Assembly (NCBI GenBank): GCA_001643675.2
Contig: LSRY02000019.1
Location: forward strand, 620,001-684,000
DNA: 64,000 nt
DNA from: Monocercomonoides exilis PA203
Lineage: Eukaryota > Protista > Preaxostyla
Direction: 5' to 3'
Positions 1 to 14,989 of the stretch are shown in pieces (within the stretch, counting starts at the first letter, position 1; the number at the start of each line of letters is the position of its first letter). The translations under genes and the position numbers were made by a program. Under the pieces are notes generated by a model, which worked only from the letters and a program-made list of their open reading frames with translations, ran no database searches and was not told where the DNA came from.

Positions 1-44
1 CTACCCAAAGCCTGCTTTCAATAATCCTAACAAAAAAAATACAT

Positions 45-728
45 TTAAGCCAAGACTCCAGGAGCAGGTCCAGATAATGATGCTACTGAGCTGCTTGAAG
101 CCTCATCAGAAGGTGGAATAACAGCTAATTTCTTTTGAACGTCCATCAGTATTTTTTGTTTCTTCTCAAGTTCTTTTTGAAGTTGTTCTGAAATGTTACA
201 AATCTAAAAAATTGCAATAAATCAGCATTATTATGAAACACATAGAACATTTCAAATAAAAATCAAAATCGAGAAAATATCAAACGCCTTCATAATTCGA
301 TTTGATCGATGGAAGAAATTCGCCAACAGTCCTTTCAACAAGAACATCACCAATCATCCTCCAACACTTACGCGATGCCTCCATTGGAGTTAGTGTTTCA
401 ATTACAAGTCTACGTTTATAGTTAAAATGATTTTCGAAAAATAGTTTGATAACGATAAAAAGTGCAAAAAAACATGCCATGATAAAATGTAAATCATAAA
501 AATCATAATAAAAACATTATAAATAAAAAATGTACAGTACCTGTGTTCAACTTTATCATTATCAATTTCAGCTAGTCTTTGAGTTAAATCGACAACTTCA
601 GAACGAACAGTTTGGAACAATTGTTCAATTGCTTGTGGAGATGTTGCGCTATTGACAACAGGATCTGTTGAAGATGACGTCGAAGAAGTTGAGGAACTTG
701 ATGGCATCGCTACGTGTGTTTCCGACAT
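45..728 (-). CDS. PFDN2: Prefoldin subunit 2 (3 exons: 728-541, 409-286, 203-45)
   Basis: Spliced across GT-AG introns gives ...DKVEHRLVIETLTPMEASRKCWRMIGDVLVERTVGEFLP...PGVLA*, the prefoldin-2 signature (EHxLVIxTL, RKCxRMxGxVLVERTV, C-terminal GVLx). Confidence 0.9.
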
Positions 729-809
729 TATTAAAAATTTTTATCTAAAATAAAGGCACATTTCCATAATTACAATTTTCATATATTAATTTTTGTGTTT
801 CAGCCTTAA

Positions 810-3280
810 ATGGAACTTGAAAAACAAGAGGGGAACAACATAACTTGGTGGAGTGGCACAGCATTAGATTTAAGATTTTTAGGCGAAGATAATCTTGTTC
901 AAATTGCAAAACTTGCTTCATCTCCTGAAGAATTTTATAAGAAATATGTTGAACAAAATAATTTTGAAAGCTTAAAGAATGACGTCATGGAAGCGTTAGA
1001 TACAACAAAGGAATATTCAGAAGATTTTTCTTCTCGTGTAATGCAGTATTTTTCTTGTCATTGGATCAAGAATTGCTTGGCAAAAGAAGACCAAAAACAA
1101 AGACAATCAGCTTCATTTGAAAATAAAACCGAAGGATCAGAAGATTCAACTGCAGCGGAAGAAGTTTCAAAACCCGAACAGAAAAATGATGAAGAATCTT
1201 TAACTAATAATACAAATATTGAACAAGATATTGCTAAAAATGAAGAAGGAAAAGAAGTTGAACCAATGGAAAACAAGCAAGAGCTTCATGAAACAGAGGA
1301 AGTATCTTCCCACAATGAGGAAAAAGAAAACGAACAACAAAAAGAGCTACAAAAAGACTCTGGTTTTTCGATGGCAGTGAGCCTTTCAGAATCTCAAGAG
1401 CAATTAAGAAAGGTTTGAAAAAAACGAGTTCATTTTAATTATAGATTTAATTTTTTATTTAGACACTTCCATCGACATTGCTTTCGGAAACAAAGGCTTC
1501 AACTAATATTATGTCAATGGCCAAAACTCAAAATGAAATTATTGAGATACTTTTCCAACAAATAGCGGATCTTCGTGACTGGTACATTTCACAAATTGGT
1601 GTTGTCAACGCAGAGTTGAAGCAGATCAAGGAAGACCAGAAGAAACTAGCAAACTCATTTAATGAAATGAGAAAATTCATCCAAAATTATTCACAGCAAG
1701 TCAAAAAACAAATAAATAATCTCGAGTCACAGATGTCAAATAGCCCATCGTTGATGCCCGGACAGCAGATGATGCAGCCAATGCAGCCAATCCAACCAAT
1801 GCAATCAATGCAATCAATGCCATCCATGCAGTTTGTGATTCCCCCACTACCTCCACAACAGCCCCAATACATGTACGTTCATCCACAAGTCTCACAGCCT
1901 TCGATGATGAACGTTGGATATGCTACGCCCATGCCACCTCCAATAATGAGCCAGCCACCTCCAAGCCAGCTCCCTTCATTTCCACCACCAATTGCCCAGA
2001 CCACATCAGCAAACCAGTGCCCAGGCTTTCCTCTGCAGTTTGCTCGTCCACCGCCTTCTTCGTCTTCGTCTTCCTCTTCATCATCTTCTTCCTCCTCATC
2101 ATCTTCATCATCGTCCTCCTCCTCATCTTCTTCAAAACCATCCACAAAGCATGCTCCAACTGTCATTCCGATTGGCGACTTTGTTGATTCACAGTTGGGA
2201 TCTGACCCGTCTGACAGAAGAGAAGAGCTGTCTTCGCATCCAATGAAATCCACGCCTGCTTTTGTTCCCCACATTACAGCGCTTCCCCCGCGCCCTCCGC
2301 CTTCTATCAGCACAGACGAATCGGGTATTGAGCTGGTGAAGATGCCGAGCAGTGCAATGCAGCCGGGGAGTCAAGAGGAAGAAATGAATCCTGTTTCTTT
2401 GTCTGTGTCTGATCTGCTGCCGCAAGCGCAGTTTGAGCTGAGGGAGCCGAGTGTTGTCCAGTGCGAAGGGAAGAAGCTGCGGTGGATCAAAAAGAAGGAG
2501 ACGACGGTGCTGCTGGATCATGTTGTGCTGGAAGGAATCGTGTCTGTCGAGTGGAAGGTGGTGACTGCAGGAAAAGGTTTGCATTTTATTTACAGAAGTG
2601 CAAAACATTAAACAATATTTTGAATTTAATTTGTTGTTGTTATTATTTTTTGGAATGTTTGAAATTTTCTTTGGGAATTAATAGATAGCTCTATTGAACT
2701 TGGATTTGCTATGGACGTGCTTGGAGATGGTTGTGCTGATGAGCAGTCACAAAACATATATGCAAGTTACAAAAACTCGTTTGCATTTGAATTTATTTAT
2801 TTTGCAGATTCATAAATGAATATTTAATTAATCTTTTCTAAAAATTTGTTTACTTTTGAAAATCTTATTCAAAACATTCAATTTTTGTATTAAAAAAACA
2901 ACTGAAATTTAATCTATCAATTGATTCTCATTATGCACAAATGTGCTATATGCATTCACACCATGAAACATTTGACTTCACTTCTTCTGTTCAGAGGCAT
3001 GTTCAAAGTGAGATCTCTGACACGGCATCTTGACGGATTCCGCGCCGGAGATATTATCCGACTGGAGCTGGACATGATCACAAGAGATGCACAGTTCTTC
3101 AAGAACAACCATCCCGTTCCCTTGCGAATCGCAAAAATTCCGCAAGTGAACAAGTTCTTCCTGCGTGCGAGTGGGACAGACACGACTGTGGAGTTGCTGT
3201 CTCTTCTGCAGCTATTTGAGCACACGCCTGTCAGCAAGGCGCTTATAAGTGAGCTGGTGCAGATGGACAAGTTGGACTAG
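810..3280 (+). CDS. Multi-exon hypothetical protein: acidic N-terminus, coiled coil, Pro/Gln/Ser-rich linker, C-terminal SPRY/B30.2-like domain
   Basis: ORFs 810-1418, 1478-2611 and 2921-3280 plus a small exon at ~2689-2778 can be joined by GTTTG..AG introns; C-terminal 'FRAGDIIRLELDMITRDAQFFKN' resembles SPRY (GDxIxxxLD..xxxFFKN). Confidence 0.6.
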
Positions 3281-3958
3281 ATTTGTCCAATTGTTGGCGC
3301 TGCACCGTTACAAAAAGAGGTTAGAGTCGTAAGTGTTTCAAATGTTAAATACTTTTAACGTTCTTTCTTTTGAGATATATATCGAAGTTTTCTGCATCTT
3401 TGTTTTTTCTTTCTTTTTATTTTCTTTTATTTTTTCCCATTTATTTCCTTTCAAAGTTTCCATTAATGAAGTTTACTGTTTATTATGTTTTTTTGAAAAG
3501 GGTGAACTGAATTATTGCTTTTTTTGTGGGATTTTCAATGCCACCTTTTAAAAAATTATATTGAAAATTGAACATTAGTCTTTACATACACTGATCCATT
3601 TTTTCAAAGTTTACAAAAATAAAGAGAACTTGAAGTTGTAACTGAAATTGATTGAAAATAAGCATATTATCTTTTTCATTTCTCCATCATTTAATAATAA
3701 AAAAACTAATTATCAAATAAATTACATCAATTCTTTTTTAGGCATGCTGAATATAATCATAAAGTCCACGTAGTTGAATATTGAAAGTGAAAAAAGCTAA
3801 TGAACTTCAATAATTCTCTTTTTTTTTTTTCACAACAAAAAAATAGAAAAAAATATTAAACATTTCCAATGAAATGAAACATGACAACAACAACAAAAAA
3901 TGAAAAGATATGCAAAAACAAATACAAAGATTAAATAATGATAAATAATTTAACAATT

Positions 3959-6900
3959 TCAGTGAATCTGGACAGAAGCTGCAGTAGTTGCAGTATCATC
4001 CGCCATGATGGCATAATCAGTGATGGATCGTGTGTTTGGTGTTTCTCTGTAAAAGGCAAAGAATCCGTTTGTGCAACATATCAGCAAGTAGCCCCTCTGC
4101 CACTTCACTGAACTAACTGAGCTGCATCCATATGGAAGGAGAGATTCACCAGCCTCTGAAACAGAATAGCATGTCAAGTTGAAATTCCACAAAAGAAATA
4201 AAATTAAATATATATAAATATAAATATATATTTGAGAAAAAAATAAATGAAAAATATTTCAGGAAAATAGAATAAGTTTAGTAATGAACAAATCATATTA
4301 AAATGAGTACAAACCGACATAAGGCAGAATTTCAAAAGGAGCCGAACCAAAAATGAAGAACTTCTTCTGTCGTTCCTTTAATGTGAAGTTCATTAGTGTT
4401 GACGACATCTCCTCAGGCCTCAGAGTTGATTGGAGCAAAAGATGCTGAGGCTGAATTCAAAACAGCATGTGGACAGAAAATGGGCAAAAGATATAAAAAA
4501 AAACATATTCAAATATTATTTCAATCAACATATAGTTGACAAATTCAACAAAAGTTGATAAATCGAAAAAAAAAATTTTTTTTTTAAATGTCAATTATTA
4601 AATACAAAAAATTTAACCACAAACCGATTCATATCCTTCGTACTGGTTGTGCTTCGAAGCCATTTCTCTCGGATCCTGCATCGATCCGTGGTAGTTCCCG
4701 CGCTGCGGCACTTCTGTCAGCCGCAAAGTGTCGTCGCTGCGGAGCAGGTGGCTTTCTCTGATCCGCTCCACAAGCAGGCGGTCCATTTCTCGCTCCCTCT
4801 CTTCCATCATCTCAAGCTCAGCCTGCGCGTCCCGCTGCAGCAAAAAGCGCTTCAGCTTGTCCTTCTTCGACAGCGCCCACCCGGCCGCTTTCTTCCGCTC
4901 CTTCCGCTCTTTCTTCCGGTCTTTCCTTTTCTCTGATCGTTCCCTGTGCTTCTCTTCGTTGCTCGCACTGAGCTCAGCAGCAGCTGCTACAAGCGCTCTT
5001 TTCACAGACTCGTCTCGCCCGGCGATCTCAAACAGATCCGGATTGTCGTCTTCCTCTTCCTCTTCCTCATACCGCGGTGTGATCAGCTTCATCCGATGCT
5101 TCCTCCCATCTCCGCCAATTGACATCACCGTCTGCGGCTTCCACCCATCCGCCAGTGTCATCTTCTGCAGCTCCCGAAGCTCAGCCCTCCTTCTCTTCTC
5201 TTCTCTCTCCTTTGATCGCTGCTCCTCATCCACCACAACGCCTGTGCCCGGAACCATCGAGCGTGCCAGCGACCTGTCCTCCAGCGCGCCTTCTGCAGTG
5301 ATCAGGATAACTCTGCTCTGCCCACCCGAGTGCGGATGAGAAGAAGACGAAGAGGTCTGCGGCGTGGTGTTGGAAGAAGAAGAGATCGGCTGGCTGTTAG
5401 ACGTCGTTGTGGCTGTCGGCTCTGTTCTGTCTGAGTGTTGAGAAGACAAGCCTGTTGTTGACTGCGATGCTGCCTGCGTCTCCTGTGTGGACGACTGTGA
5501 GGAAATATGAGAAGTCGTACCCTGGCTGCCTTCCTCTCCTTCGTCCTCTGACCCGCTTCCAATCACTCCAACCACTTCATCTCCGATTTGTGGAACAGAC
5601 AAACCATCAACTGCCCCGGACAAAGAACTAGCACCAACACCCAGCCCACTCTTCTTCCCTTTCCTCCGCTTCTCCTTCGCATCGTCTTGCGTCTCCTCTG
5701 TAGACTCTGACCCACTTCCTGTTGCATCCCACCGGTGCGGCAGCTCATTCTGCTTGTCTTTTGATATCCACCCTTCCACAATGCCCTTGATGAACCGCAC
5801 ATCCTTCTCTCTCTCTGGCAAGTTCTTCTCCTTCGCCAGCTCCCTTTTCAATAACTCCTCCCTCCTGTGATCATCGATTCCACTTCCACCGCCTCCACCG
5901 CCTGCGCTCTGCAGCTCCGCCATCCGTAGCCACTCGCGCACCAGCCGCTCTTTCTCCCACTCTCGCCTTCTCGCTCTCTCCTGCACTTTCTTTCGCAGGC
6001 TGAGGAGGTTTTCAGCAATCTGCACATTCAGATTCTTCACATTGAAGATGTAAGGCAGACACAGCCCGTCATCTCCTGCCGTGACCAGCTGATAGATGAG
6101 AGGCATCCCAGTCTTTGAGGACAGTGCAGTGGGGAGTGTGTATGGAGGGTTCGGGTCAAACACGATGTGCCGCACCCAGCTCGTGTGGCCCCGCAGACGG
6201 CAGAGAGGGCGAGGACGCTTGTGCGCCTCTGCAAACACCATCACGAAGTCGTTTTCGCCTCCGGTCTGAAATGGATGAGGAGAAATATTTTTTATTATTA
6301 TTATTTGTATCACAGAAATAGGTGGTTCATTATTTTCAATTAAAAAAAATATAAAATAAAATAAAATAAAATAAAATAAAATAAAATAAAATAAAATAAA
6401 ATAAAATAAAATAAAATAAAATAAAATAAAATAAAATAAAATAAAATAAAATAAAATAAAATAAAATAAAATAAAATAAAATAAAATAAAATAAAATAAA
6501 ATAAAATAAAATAAAATAAAATAAAATAAAAATAAAATAAAATAAAATAAAATAAAATAAAATAAAATAAAATAAAATAAAATAAAATAAAATAAAATAA
6601 AAATAAAATAAAATAAAATAAAATAAAATAAAATAAAATAAAATAAAATAAAATAAAATAAAATAAAATAAAATAAAATAAAATAAAATAAAATAAAAAT
6701 AAAATAAAATAAAATAAAATAAAATAAAATAAAATAAAATAAAATAAAATAAAATAAAATAAAATAAAATAAAAATAAAATAAAATAAAATAAAAATAAA
6801 ATAAAATAAAATAAAATAAAATAAAATAAAATAAAATAAAATAAAATAAAATAAAATAAAATAAAATAAAATAAAATAAAATAAAATAAAATAAAATAAA

Positions 6901-7573
6901 ATAAAATAAAATAAAATAAAATAAAAATAAAATAAAATAAAATAAAATAAAATAAAATAAAATAAAATAAAATAAAATAAAATAAAATAAAATAAAATAA
7001 AATAAAATAAAATAAAATAAAATAAAATAAAATAAAATAAAATAAAATAAAATAAAATAAAATAAAATAAAATAAAATAAAATAAAATAAAATAAAATAA
7101 AATAAAATAAAATAAAATAAAATAAAATAAAATAAAATAAAATAAAATAAAATAAAATAAAATAAAATAAAATAAAATAAAATAAAATAAAATAAAATAA
7201 AATAAAATAAAATAAAATAAAATAAAATAAAATAAAATAAAATAAAATAAAATAAAATAAAATAAAATAAAATAAAATAAAATAAAATAAAATAAAATAA
7301 AATAAAATAAAATAAAATAAAATAAAATAAAATAAAATAAAATAAAATAAAATAAAATAAAATAAAATAAAATAAAATAAAATAAAATAAAATAAAATAA
7401 AATAAAATAAAATAAAATAAAATAAAATAAAATAAAATAAAATAAAATAAAATAAAATAAAATAAAATAAAATAAAATAAAATAAAATAAAATAAAATAA
7501 AATAAAAATAAAATAAAATAAAATAAAATAAAATAAAATAAAAATAAAATAAAATAAAAAAAAAAAAAAAAAA

Positions 7574-7631
<58 letters not shown>

Positions 7632-10600
7632 AAATAAAATAAAATAAAAAAAAATAAAATAAAATAAAAAAAAAAAAAATAAAATAAAATAAAATAAAAT
7701 AAAATAAAATAAAATAAAATAAAATAAAATAAAATAAAATAAAATAAAATAAAATAAAATAAAATAAAATAAAATAAAATAAAATAAAATAAAATAAAAT
7801 AAAATAAAATAAAATAAAATAAAATAAAATAAAATAAAATAAAATAAAATAAAATAAAATAAAATAAAATAAAATAAAATAAAATAAAATAAAATAAAAT
7901 AAAATAAAATAAAATAAAATAAAATAAAATAAAATAAAATAAAATAAAATAAAAATAAAATAAAATAAAATAAAATAAAAATAAAATAAAAATAAAATAA
8001 AATAAAATAAAATAAAATAAAATAAAATAAAATAAAAATAAAATAAAATAAAATAAAATAAAATAAAATAAAATAAAATAAAATAAAATAAAATAAAATA
8101 AAAATAAAATAAAATAAAATAAAATAAAATAAAATAAAATAAAATAAAAATAAAATAAAATAAAATAAAATAAAATAAAATAAAATAAAAATAAAATAAA
8201 AATAAAATAAAATAAAATAAAAATAAAATAAAATAAAAATAAAATAAAATAAAATAAAATAAAATAAAAATAAAATAAAATAAAATAAAATAAAATAAAA
8301 TAAAATAAAATAAAATAAAATAAAATAAAATAAAAATAAAATAAAATAAAATAAAATAAAATAAAATAAAATAAAATAAAATAAAATAAAATAAAATAAA
8401 ATAAAATAAAATAAAATAAAATAAAATAAAATAAAAATAAAATAAAATAAAATAAAATAAAATAAAATAAAATAAAATAAAATAAAATAAAATAAAATAA
8501 AATAAAATAAAATAAAATAAAATAAAATAAAATAAAAATAAAATAAAAATAAAATAAAATAAAATAAAATAAAATAAAATAAAATAAAATAAAATAAAAT
8601 AAAATAAAATAAAATAAAATAAAATAAAATAAAATAAAATAAAATAAAATAAAATAAAATAAAATAAAATAAAATAAAATAAAATAAAATAAAATAAAAA
8701 TAAAATAAAAATAAAATAAAATAAAATAAAATAAAATAAAATAAAATAAAATAAAATAAAATAAAATAAAAATAAAATAAAATAAAATAAAATAAAATAA
8801 AATAAAATAAAATAAAATAAAATAAAATAAAATAAAATAAAATAAAATAAAATAAAATAAAATAAAATAAAATAAAATAAAATAAAATAAAATAAAATAA
8901 AATAAAATAAAATAAAATAAAATAAAATAAAATAAAATAAAATAAAATAAAATAAAATAAAATAAAATAAAATAAAATAAAATAAAATAAAATAAAATAA
9001 AATAAAATAAAATAAAATAAAATAAAATAAAATAAAATAAAATAAAATAAAATAAAATAAAATAAAATAAAATAAAATAAAATAAAATAAAATAAAATAA
9101 AATAAAATAAAATAAAATAAAATAAAATAAATAAATAAATAAATATAAAAAATGAAAAAATCAATTGAGGATAAGATTAATCACACAGCTAGTATTTTCC
9201 CGTCGGATGACCAAGCACAACACAACAATGCACCAACAGGCGATTTAAAGGCGTATTTGAATCGGTTGTATTGATAATGGAACACAACAAGAAACCCTTC
9301 TTCAGTGACAAATGCAACAAGCGGGAATTTCTTGTTCGGATTGATTTTTATATCTAATTAATCACAAACATAAAGATTGATTCAATCACATAAGAGTAAA
9401 AAATAATATACAAAGAAATTCTCATTCTCCGACATTCTCATCAAAAAAATCATCGCAAACCAAACACTCTCCCCTTCGACACGCTCCACCTGCACAGCGG
9501 GTTAAATTGCTGCGAGCGTGTGAAGAACGACATCCCTGGGTAGTCCTTCATCTCGTCCTTGACTGCCTGCGACAGATGCGACGTGGTCTTGAAAAAATGC
9601 GTTGGGCTGCCTGCAGACGAGGCTGTGCCTGAATACGATGAAGACACCGTGGCCGAGTTGGACAGCGAGGGCGAGCGGGCAGCAGCTGTGAAGTAGACAG
9701 CAGAGGCAGAGGATGGAGGGGTGCCTGGCGTCGATGAAGTGACAGATGAACGAACAGACGGTGTGGTTGACGGGGTTCCGAAACTTGACTCAGCAGAGGA
9801 AGAGAAAGTGGACTGGGCTCGTGCTTGGTGGTTTCCAGCAGCTGATGAGGAAGAAGAGGATGATTGCTTTCCAGACGACTGCTGGACTGATGACGTCATG
9901 TCAGTCGTATCTGTCTTCGATGTGGTTGAAGACACTCCATCCTGTTTTTTGCTCTTTTCTGGATGCTTTTCTCGCGAAAGGCGGATCCGGCTGCGTGATT
10001 TGCGGGAGGCCTCTCGCAGCTTCCTCTCCTCTTCATTCAGCTCCATCTCTTGGATCACGTCCGTCGCCTGGTTGGTTGTGGACATGTCATCCAGAGCAGT
10101 GGACGAGCTGTGCAGCAGATGCAGCGACTCTGTTGGAGGTGAAGAAGAAGGCCTGTACTGATGAGCATCTGGTGTTGGTGACACACTTTTATGATCAGAC
10201 TCCACCGACAGCGATATGTCGATCTCAGACGGTGGCTCCTTCGGCATTGCTGCAGAAGGCGGGAGAATATCCTCTGCAGGCATCTCCCCCGTGAGCATCT
10301 GCAGCTCCATCTCTGCCCTTTTAATGTCTGTAACTGGAGACGTGTGTCTGCGTGTGCCGGCGCGTCTGTCCGAAGACGACGCGGCACGCTCAATCGGATG
10401 CTTGCGGCTCTTCCGCGCGCTGCCGTGCTCTTGTCTCAGCGCTCGCTCGGCACTCATCCTTCTGATCGCATCGTCTGCGGAGCGCCCGCGGATGTGCCTC
10501 CGTTCCTCATCCCGCAGCTGCGCCATCAGCGACGCAAGCGATGACACAGACGTCTCTCGAGATGTCGCTGCACTGCTCGGCGCTGCAATAAACACCCCGT

Positions 10601-12238
10601 CCTTCCACTTCCCTTTCAGCTTCTTCTTCTTCATCTCCTTCTCCTTCTGCTTCTTCTCGTTCTTCCGCCTTATCCGCAGCTCCTCCTCGTTCTCTGTGCC
10701 GCTGGCAACCAGCGCCCCGCTAGCGACTTTTGATTGGCTGTGGTCGGCGCCTCCAAGTGGCATCTTCTTCATCGGTGGCGGGTCAGCCATTGCAATCTCA
10801 GCGAAGAACGGGTGGACAGGGTGCTGCAGCTGCGTGTCGATCAGAATCGACTCGCGTGTGATGCCGCGCAGTACAGAAAGAGAAGACGAAGCCGACGGGC
10901 TGTGCACTTGCACGTTCTTGCGGAACGCGTTTGTGTTGAACGTCTTGGCGAAGGAGATTCTTGGAACGGACTTGGAGAAGAACGCCTCGGGAGACACGAT
11001 TTCCTCCTGCGGCTCCTTTGCGCTCTTCCACTTCAGATGCAGCGGATAGTCTGGATCTGCCAGGTTTCCTGCAACAAGGGCGAAGTACTGGCGCAACTTC
11101 TTCTCTGTGCGCGGGTGGTTGATGGGTGAGGGAACAAGATCAGGAAGGTTTGGAGAGGATGAAGTGGAAGATGATGAAGAAGATGATGAAGTGGATGGTG
11201 CAATGGTGAGGTTAGATGTGGAAGAAGACGATGAAGCGAGTGGAGAGTGAACGTGTTTTGCTGGGTTGAATTGCTCCCCGCGTTTCTGTGTCTGTGAAGA
11301 ATGCAGCCGAAATGACAGTTTTGAAATGGGAGTTGAGCTTGGAGTTGCCGATGAGTCGATGTGAGTGTGCCCAAGCGACCCTCCAGGCTTTGTCGATGAG
11401 ACGGAAGAAAAAGACGGATTGGGCCATTCTATTTCTGGCAAATCGAGTGCAGTACCAAGAACAGTACCATCTTCAAATCCAACAATAATCAAAGGTGGGT
11501 CTAAATTACTATTGTAATCAATTGATGTGACAGCTCCGTTTGCACAAATGCACTTGAAAACAATAAGTTAACTAACTAACATATCAACAACGAAAAACGC
11601 AAACCCCTTCATTGTAAATGTATCTGCTAGAGAAACCGTCCATACTAATAACTTCAAACTGACCACTTCTTCTTCCAACAACAAGAAAAGGTTCATTAGC
11701 GGTTGAAAAAGATATCATTGCTGTGACGGGATCATATCCAGCTGTTGGTCCAAAGCCTTGAAGCGATTTATGATATTCTTCGAGAGTTGGGAGCTGAACA
11801 ATTGTGGCCATATCTCGGCAAACGATAAATGCTCCTTCGCAAGATTCTTTTGGTGTCTCTTCTAAGAATTACATAAAAATTAATAAGAAGTTATAAATAA
11901 GATTATATTAATTTAAATATGAAAACTTGTTGCAACAATCCCAATTGATTCAATTGGATCTTTCTTTTTCTCTGAAGGAATGATAAATGTCCCAATTGCC
12001 AACTGTGGTTTAACTGTACCAAAATCTTCTATTTCAATTGGTATGTTAAATGTGGCAATACGTGTTAATTCTGTTCAAAAAACAGTTTTATTAATAAAAA
12101 ATGTATTTTGTTAACAGTTGACCGTTAAATAAAAAAATGATGATTCAAACTATTTCCACAAGGAAAAGAAATTTCTTGCAGTTTTCCTGCTGAAAATCGA
12201 TAACTTGATGGACTGATGTATCTTTGTTTTGGAAACAT
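3959..12238 (-). CDS. WD40 protein of the WDR20/DMWD/CreC family (USP12/46 cofactor-like), multi-exon with large low-complexity insertions
   Basis: Exons join to FKSPVGALLCCAWSSDGKILA|TGGENDFVMVF...LCRLRGHTSWVRHIVFDP, matching WDR20/DMWD '[41 protein letters not shown]'; NPLCRWSV motif also present; putative ATG at 12238. Confidence 0.75.
6351..9130 (+). repeat. (AAAAT)n pentanucleotide microsatellite, ~2.8 kb, inside intron 6266-9186 of the WDR20-like gene
   Basis: Directly visible; occasional AAAAAT units and an A-run-rich patch at ~7555-7680. Confidence 0.98.
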
Positions 12239-12401
12239 TTTTGTTTCAGAATACTGAAACAAATATTATGGTAACATGATCATTAATGTATTTCAACAAA
12301 AACTTAAAACAGGAAAAAAAAATCATACGAATTGTTTGTAAATAAATAAATAAAATGCCAATGGAGTTTACCAAGGTTAAAACAAAAATGTGAGAGAATC
12401 G

Positions 12402-14807
12402 TCACAATTTCATTAACGTTTTTGCCACAATAATTGCAGCAGCTCTAACTCTGCTGTCCCATTTCGAATTTCGGATTGCATCGATGCATTCTGGAATTCC
12501 CATGCTTTCAGATAATACCTTCACCAGATGCTTGAGGTGCATGCGTTGGTCTTCGAGTTCTGCTTCAGAGAGAACCGGGATGCTAAACTTTTCCTTTAAA
12601 ATTTGTGATATTTCTTCTTCATCAAGAGTAATAATTGTTTGCTCCGACTTTTCCTTTTCCTTATCCTTTTCCTTCTCCAATTCTTTCTCTTTCTCCTTTT
12701 CTTTCTCTTTTTCTTCATCCAATACTTCTTCTTTTTTTATTTCCTTTTCATTTTTTGAGCTTTTCTCTTCCTCTTTTTCCATTTCGCAACATTTCCTGCG
12801 ATACTCTTCAACACATACACGCTTCAGAAGTTGCCCCAGACCCAGCAGCGCACAGCGAAAACAAACAGAATCCGACGTAAACAGAGTCTGCAACTGCGGG
12901 TTAGTGGATGCTAAGTCTGTTGAACCTGCTGAGTTTGCTGAGTTTGTTGAACTAAAGTCTTCTTCTTCACTGCTGTCTTCATCAACTTCTTCGACCGCTT
13001 GCATTTTTTTTGCGATGTGCTTTCTTTCGTCTTCCAACCGGCTGATGGCGCTTTCTGCATCGTCTGGAATGGTCACTTCAAGAGACAGAAAACGCTCTAT
13101 GCTTTTGAACAGGTTCTCGACAAACAAGCAATGCACAGCTGGCGTCTGAGAGAATGGATGATGCTTATCTTTGCTTCTTCCATCATCATCATCAGAAGAA
13201 GAAGAACAAGGTGAACTGCTTGACGAATGAGCATCGTCGGAAGCAGCATCATTAGACGGAGTTTCTGAAATGGAAGAAGCAGCCACCAAGGAAGACAATC
13301 GAAGCATGTTGGAAGAGCTCGATGATTTCGAGGACGAAGAAGAAAGGATGGCTCCGAAGGAGGCAAACTCAGAAAGAGAAAGAAGTATTTGAAAAGCCGA
13401 AAGGCGCTGCCGCTGAAACAGAAGGGGAGAAAAAACGAAAGAGTCTTGAGGCAAGTCAGGTTTTTGAATGCATGTTGATGCAGACGCTGAAATTGGCTTA
13501 GCCGATGAACTGGATGGAACAGGAAACGAAGAAGATTCTGAAGGCGGATGAAGGAAAATAACAACACAGTCATGAAAGTCGGATGAGGTCACATCCTTCT
13601 TCTTTGAAGAAGTTACGTTTATTGTTGAGAACAGAATCACTTTGTGCAGAAGCGAAGGATAAGTGAAAATGATGTCTGCATACGAATTTGGGGATGAAAG
13701 CAAGATGTGGATAGTCTCAAGCACTTCTTGCGAGAGCTGAAGCAAAAGCGTTTCGCTTGGTGAGGTGTGAGATATGGAGGCGAAACACGCACCATCCTTG
13801 ATGAAAGATGGTTCGTACGACAAAAATGGAAGAAGGGAGTCAAGAAATGGATACAAATTCATCGTCAATATCAGCTCATTCTTCATGCTTCTGTTCAATA
13901 CTAATTGTTGCACTAATTCAACCGAGGTTATCAGAAGTTTCATCATTTCATGGGTTAAATAAACATCTGAAAGCCTAATAACTGGGAGATTGGACGAATT
14001 TGAAGAAGAAAAACTGGATGAACAAAATTTTTTATCATTGGAAGTGCTAATCGAAGTTGGAATAATTTTATTTTCGAATATTTTTTGCATTGCATTTACA
14101 AATACTCGCGGAATATTCAGCCTTTGAAGAGTTTCACGAGAAGCTAGTTTCCAAAAATATTTGATAGCAACAACATTAAAACTGCAACAAAAAGTGAAGT
14201 ACATACAAAAATTCTCTCCAAGAACAGCGAAGCAATTGAACAATTGGGCGATTTCCACAATATCAAAATCTATTTTCAATTCACATTCCAAAGAATCAAT
14301 AAGAAATTGTGTAACCATCTCGCTCAATTTTTGTGGGAATGTCTTGAATTTGAAAAGATAGCAAAGGCATTTACAAGCAAGTAACTTAATTTGTTTGGAT
14401 GTTTTTTCATCTATGACAAAGTTAGAAAGAATTTTTTCTCCATTTGTTCTGCGAAAGCCATCACAAAGAATATTTTTGCGCCAATGACCAGCTAATACAG
14501 CTCCTTTATAAAGAGAAATGTACAGAAAATGCATTGAATTCAATGCAATTTCAGCATCTTCTGATTGTAACAATATCAGCACAGGATTCAAAAATTTACT
14601 GGTTGCCAAATCAAAAAGATCCTCTTTGGAAGCCTTTTGTACTTGCTGTTCAAGTTCTGAAAGTTTGACAAGCAAATCTTCTTTTGTTAAGTTTGATAAA
14701 TGTTCAATAGAATCTTTACAAAATTGCAAATGAATGATTATAGTTTATAAATTTTAATGTATAAATGCAAAACTAATTATAGAAATTGCATTTCCTCGTT
14801 CTTCCAT
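12402..14807 (-). CDS. Hypothetical helical/ARM-like protein with Ser-rich and Glu/Lys-rich tracts
   Basis: 775-aa ORF 14729-12402; probable short first exon (MEERGNAISII) at ~14807 joined by a GT..AG intron; possible 63-nt in-frame intron 14206-14144. Confidence 0.6.
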
Positions 14808-14989
14808 TCAAAGAAAAAATTTGAATTAAAAATGTTCTCAAAAATAATGTTATGGATTTTTCGAGATGATTTTGACATTTATGTTATTGCATCATTTTCG
14901 TTTTCATTCGCTTCTGTTTGAAATGAGATTGTAATTTTGTTGATGAAGAAAAAATTTGATCCTTAAAGCCATTACTGAATAATCTGACA

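Noticed and set aside
6336-9164. 942-aa FYFIL-repeat ORF
   Set aside because: Artifact of the stop-free (ATTTT)n microsatellite inside an intron
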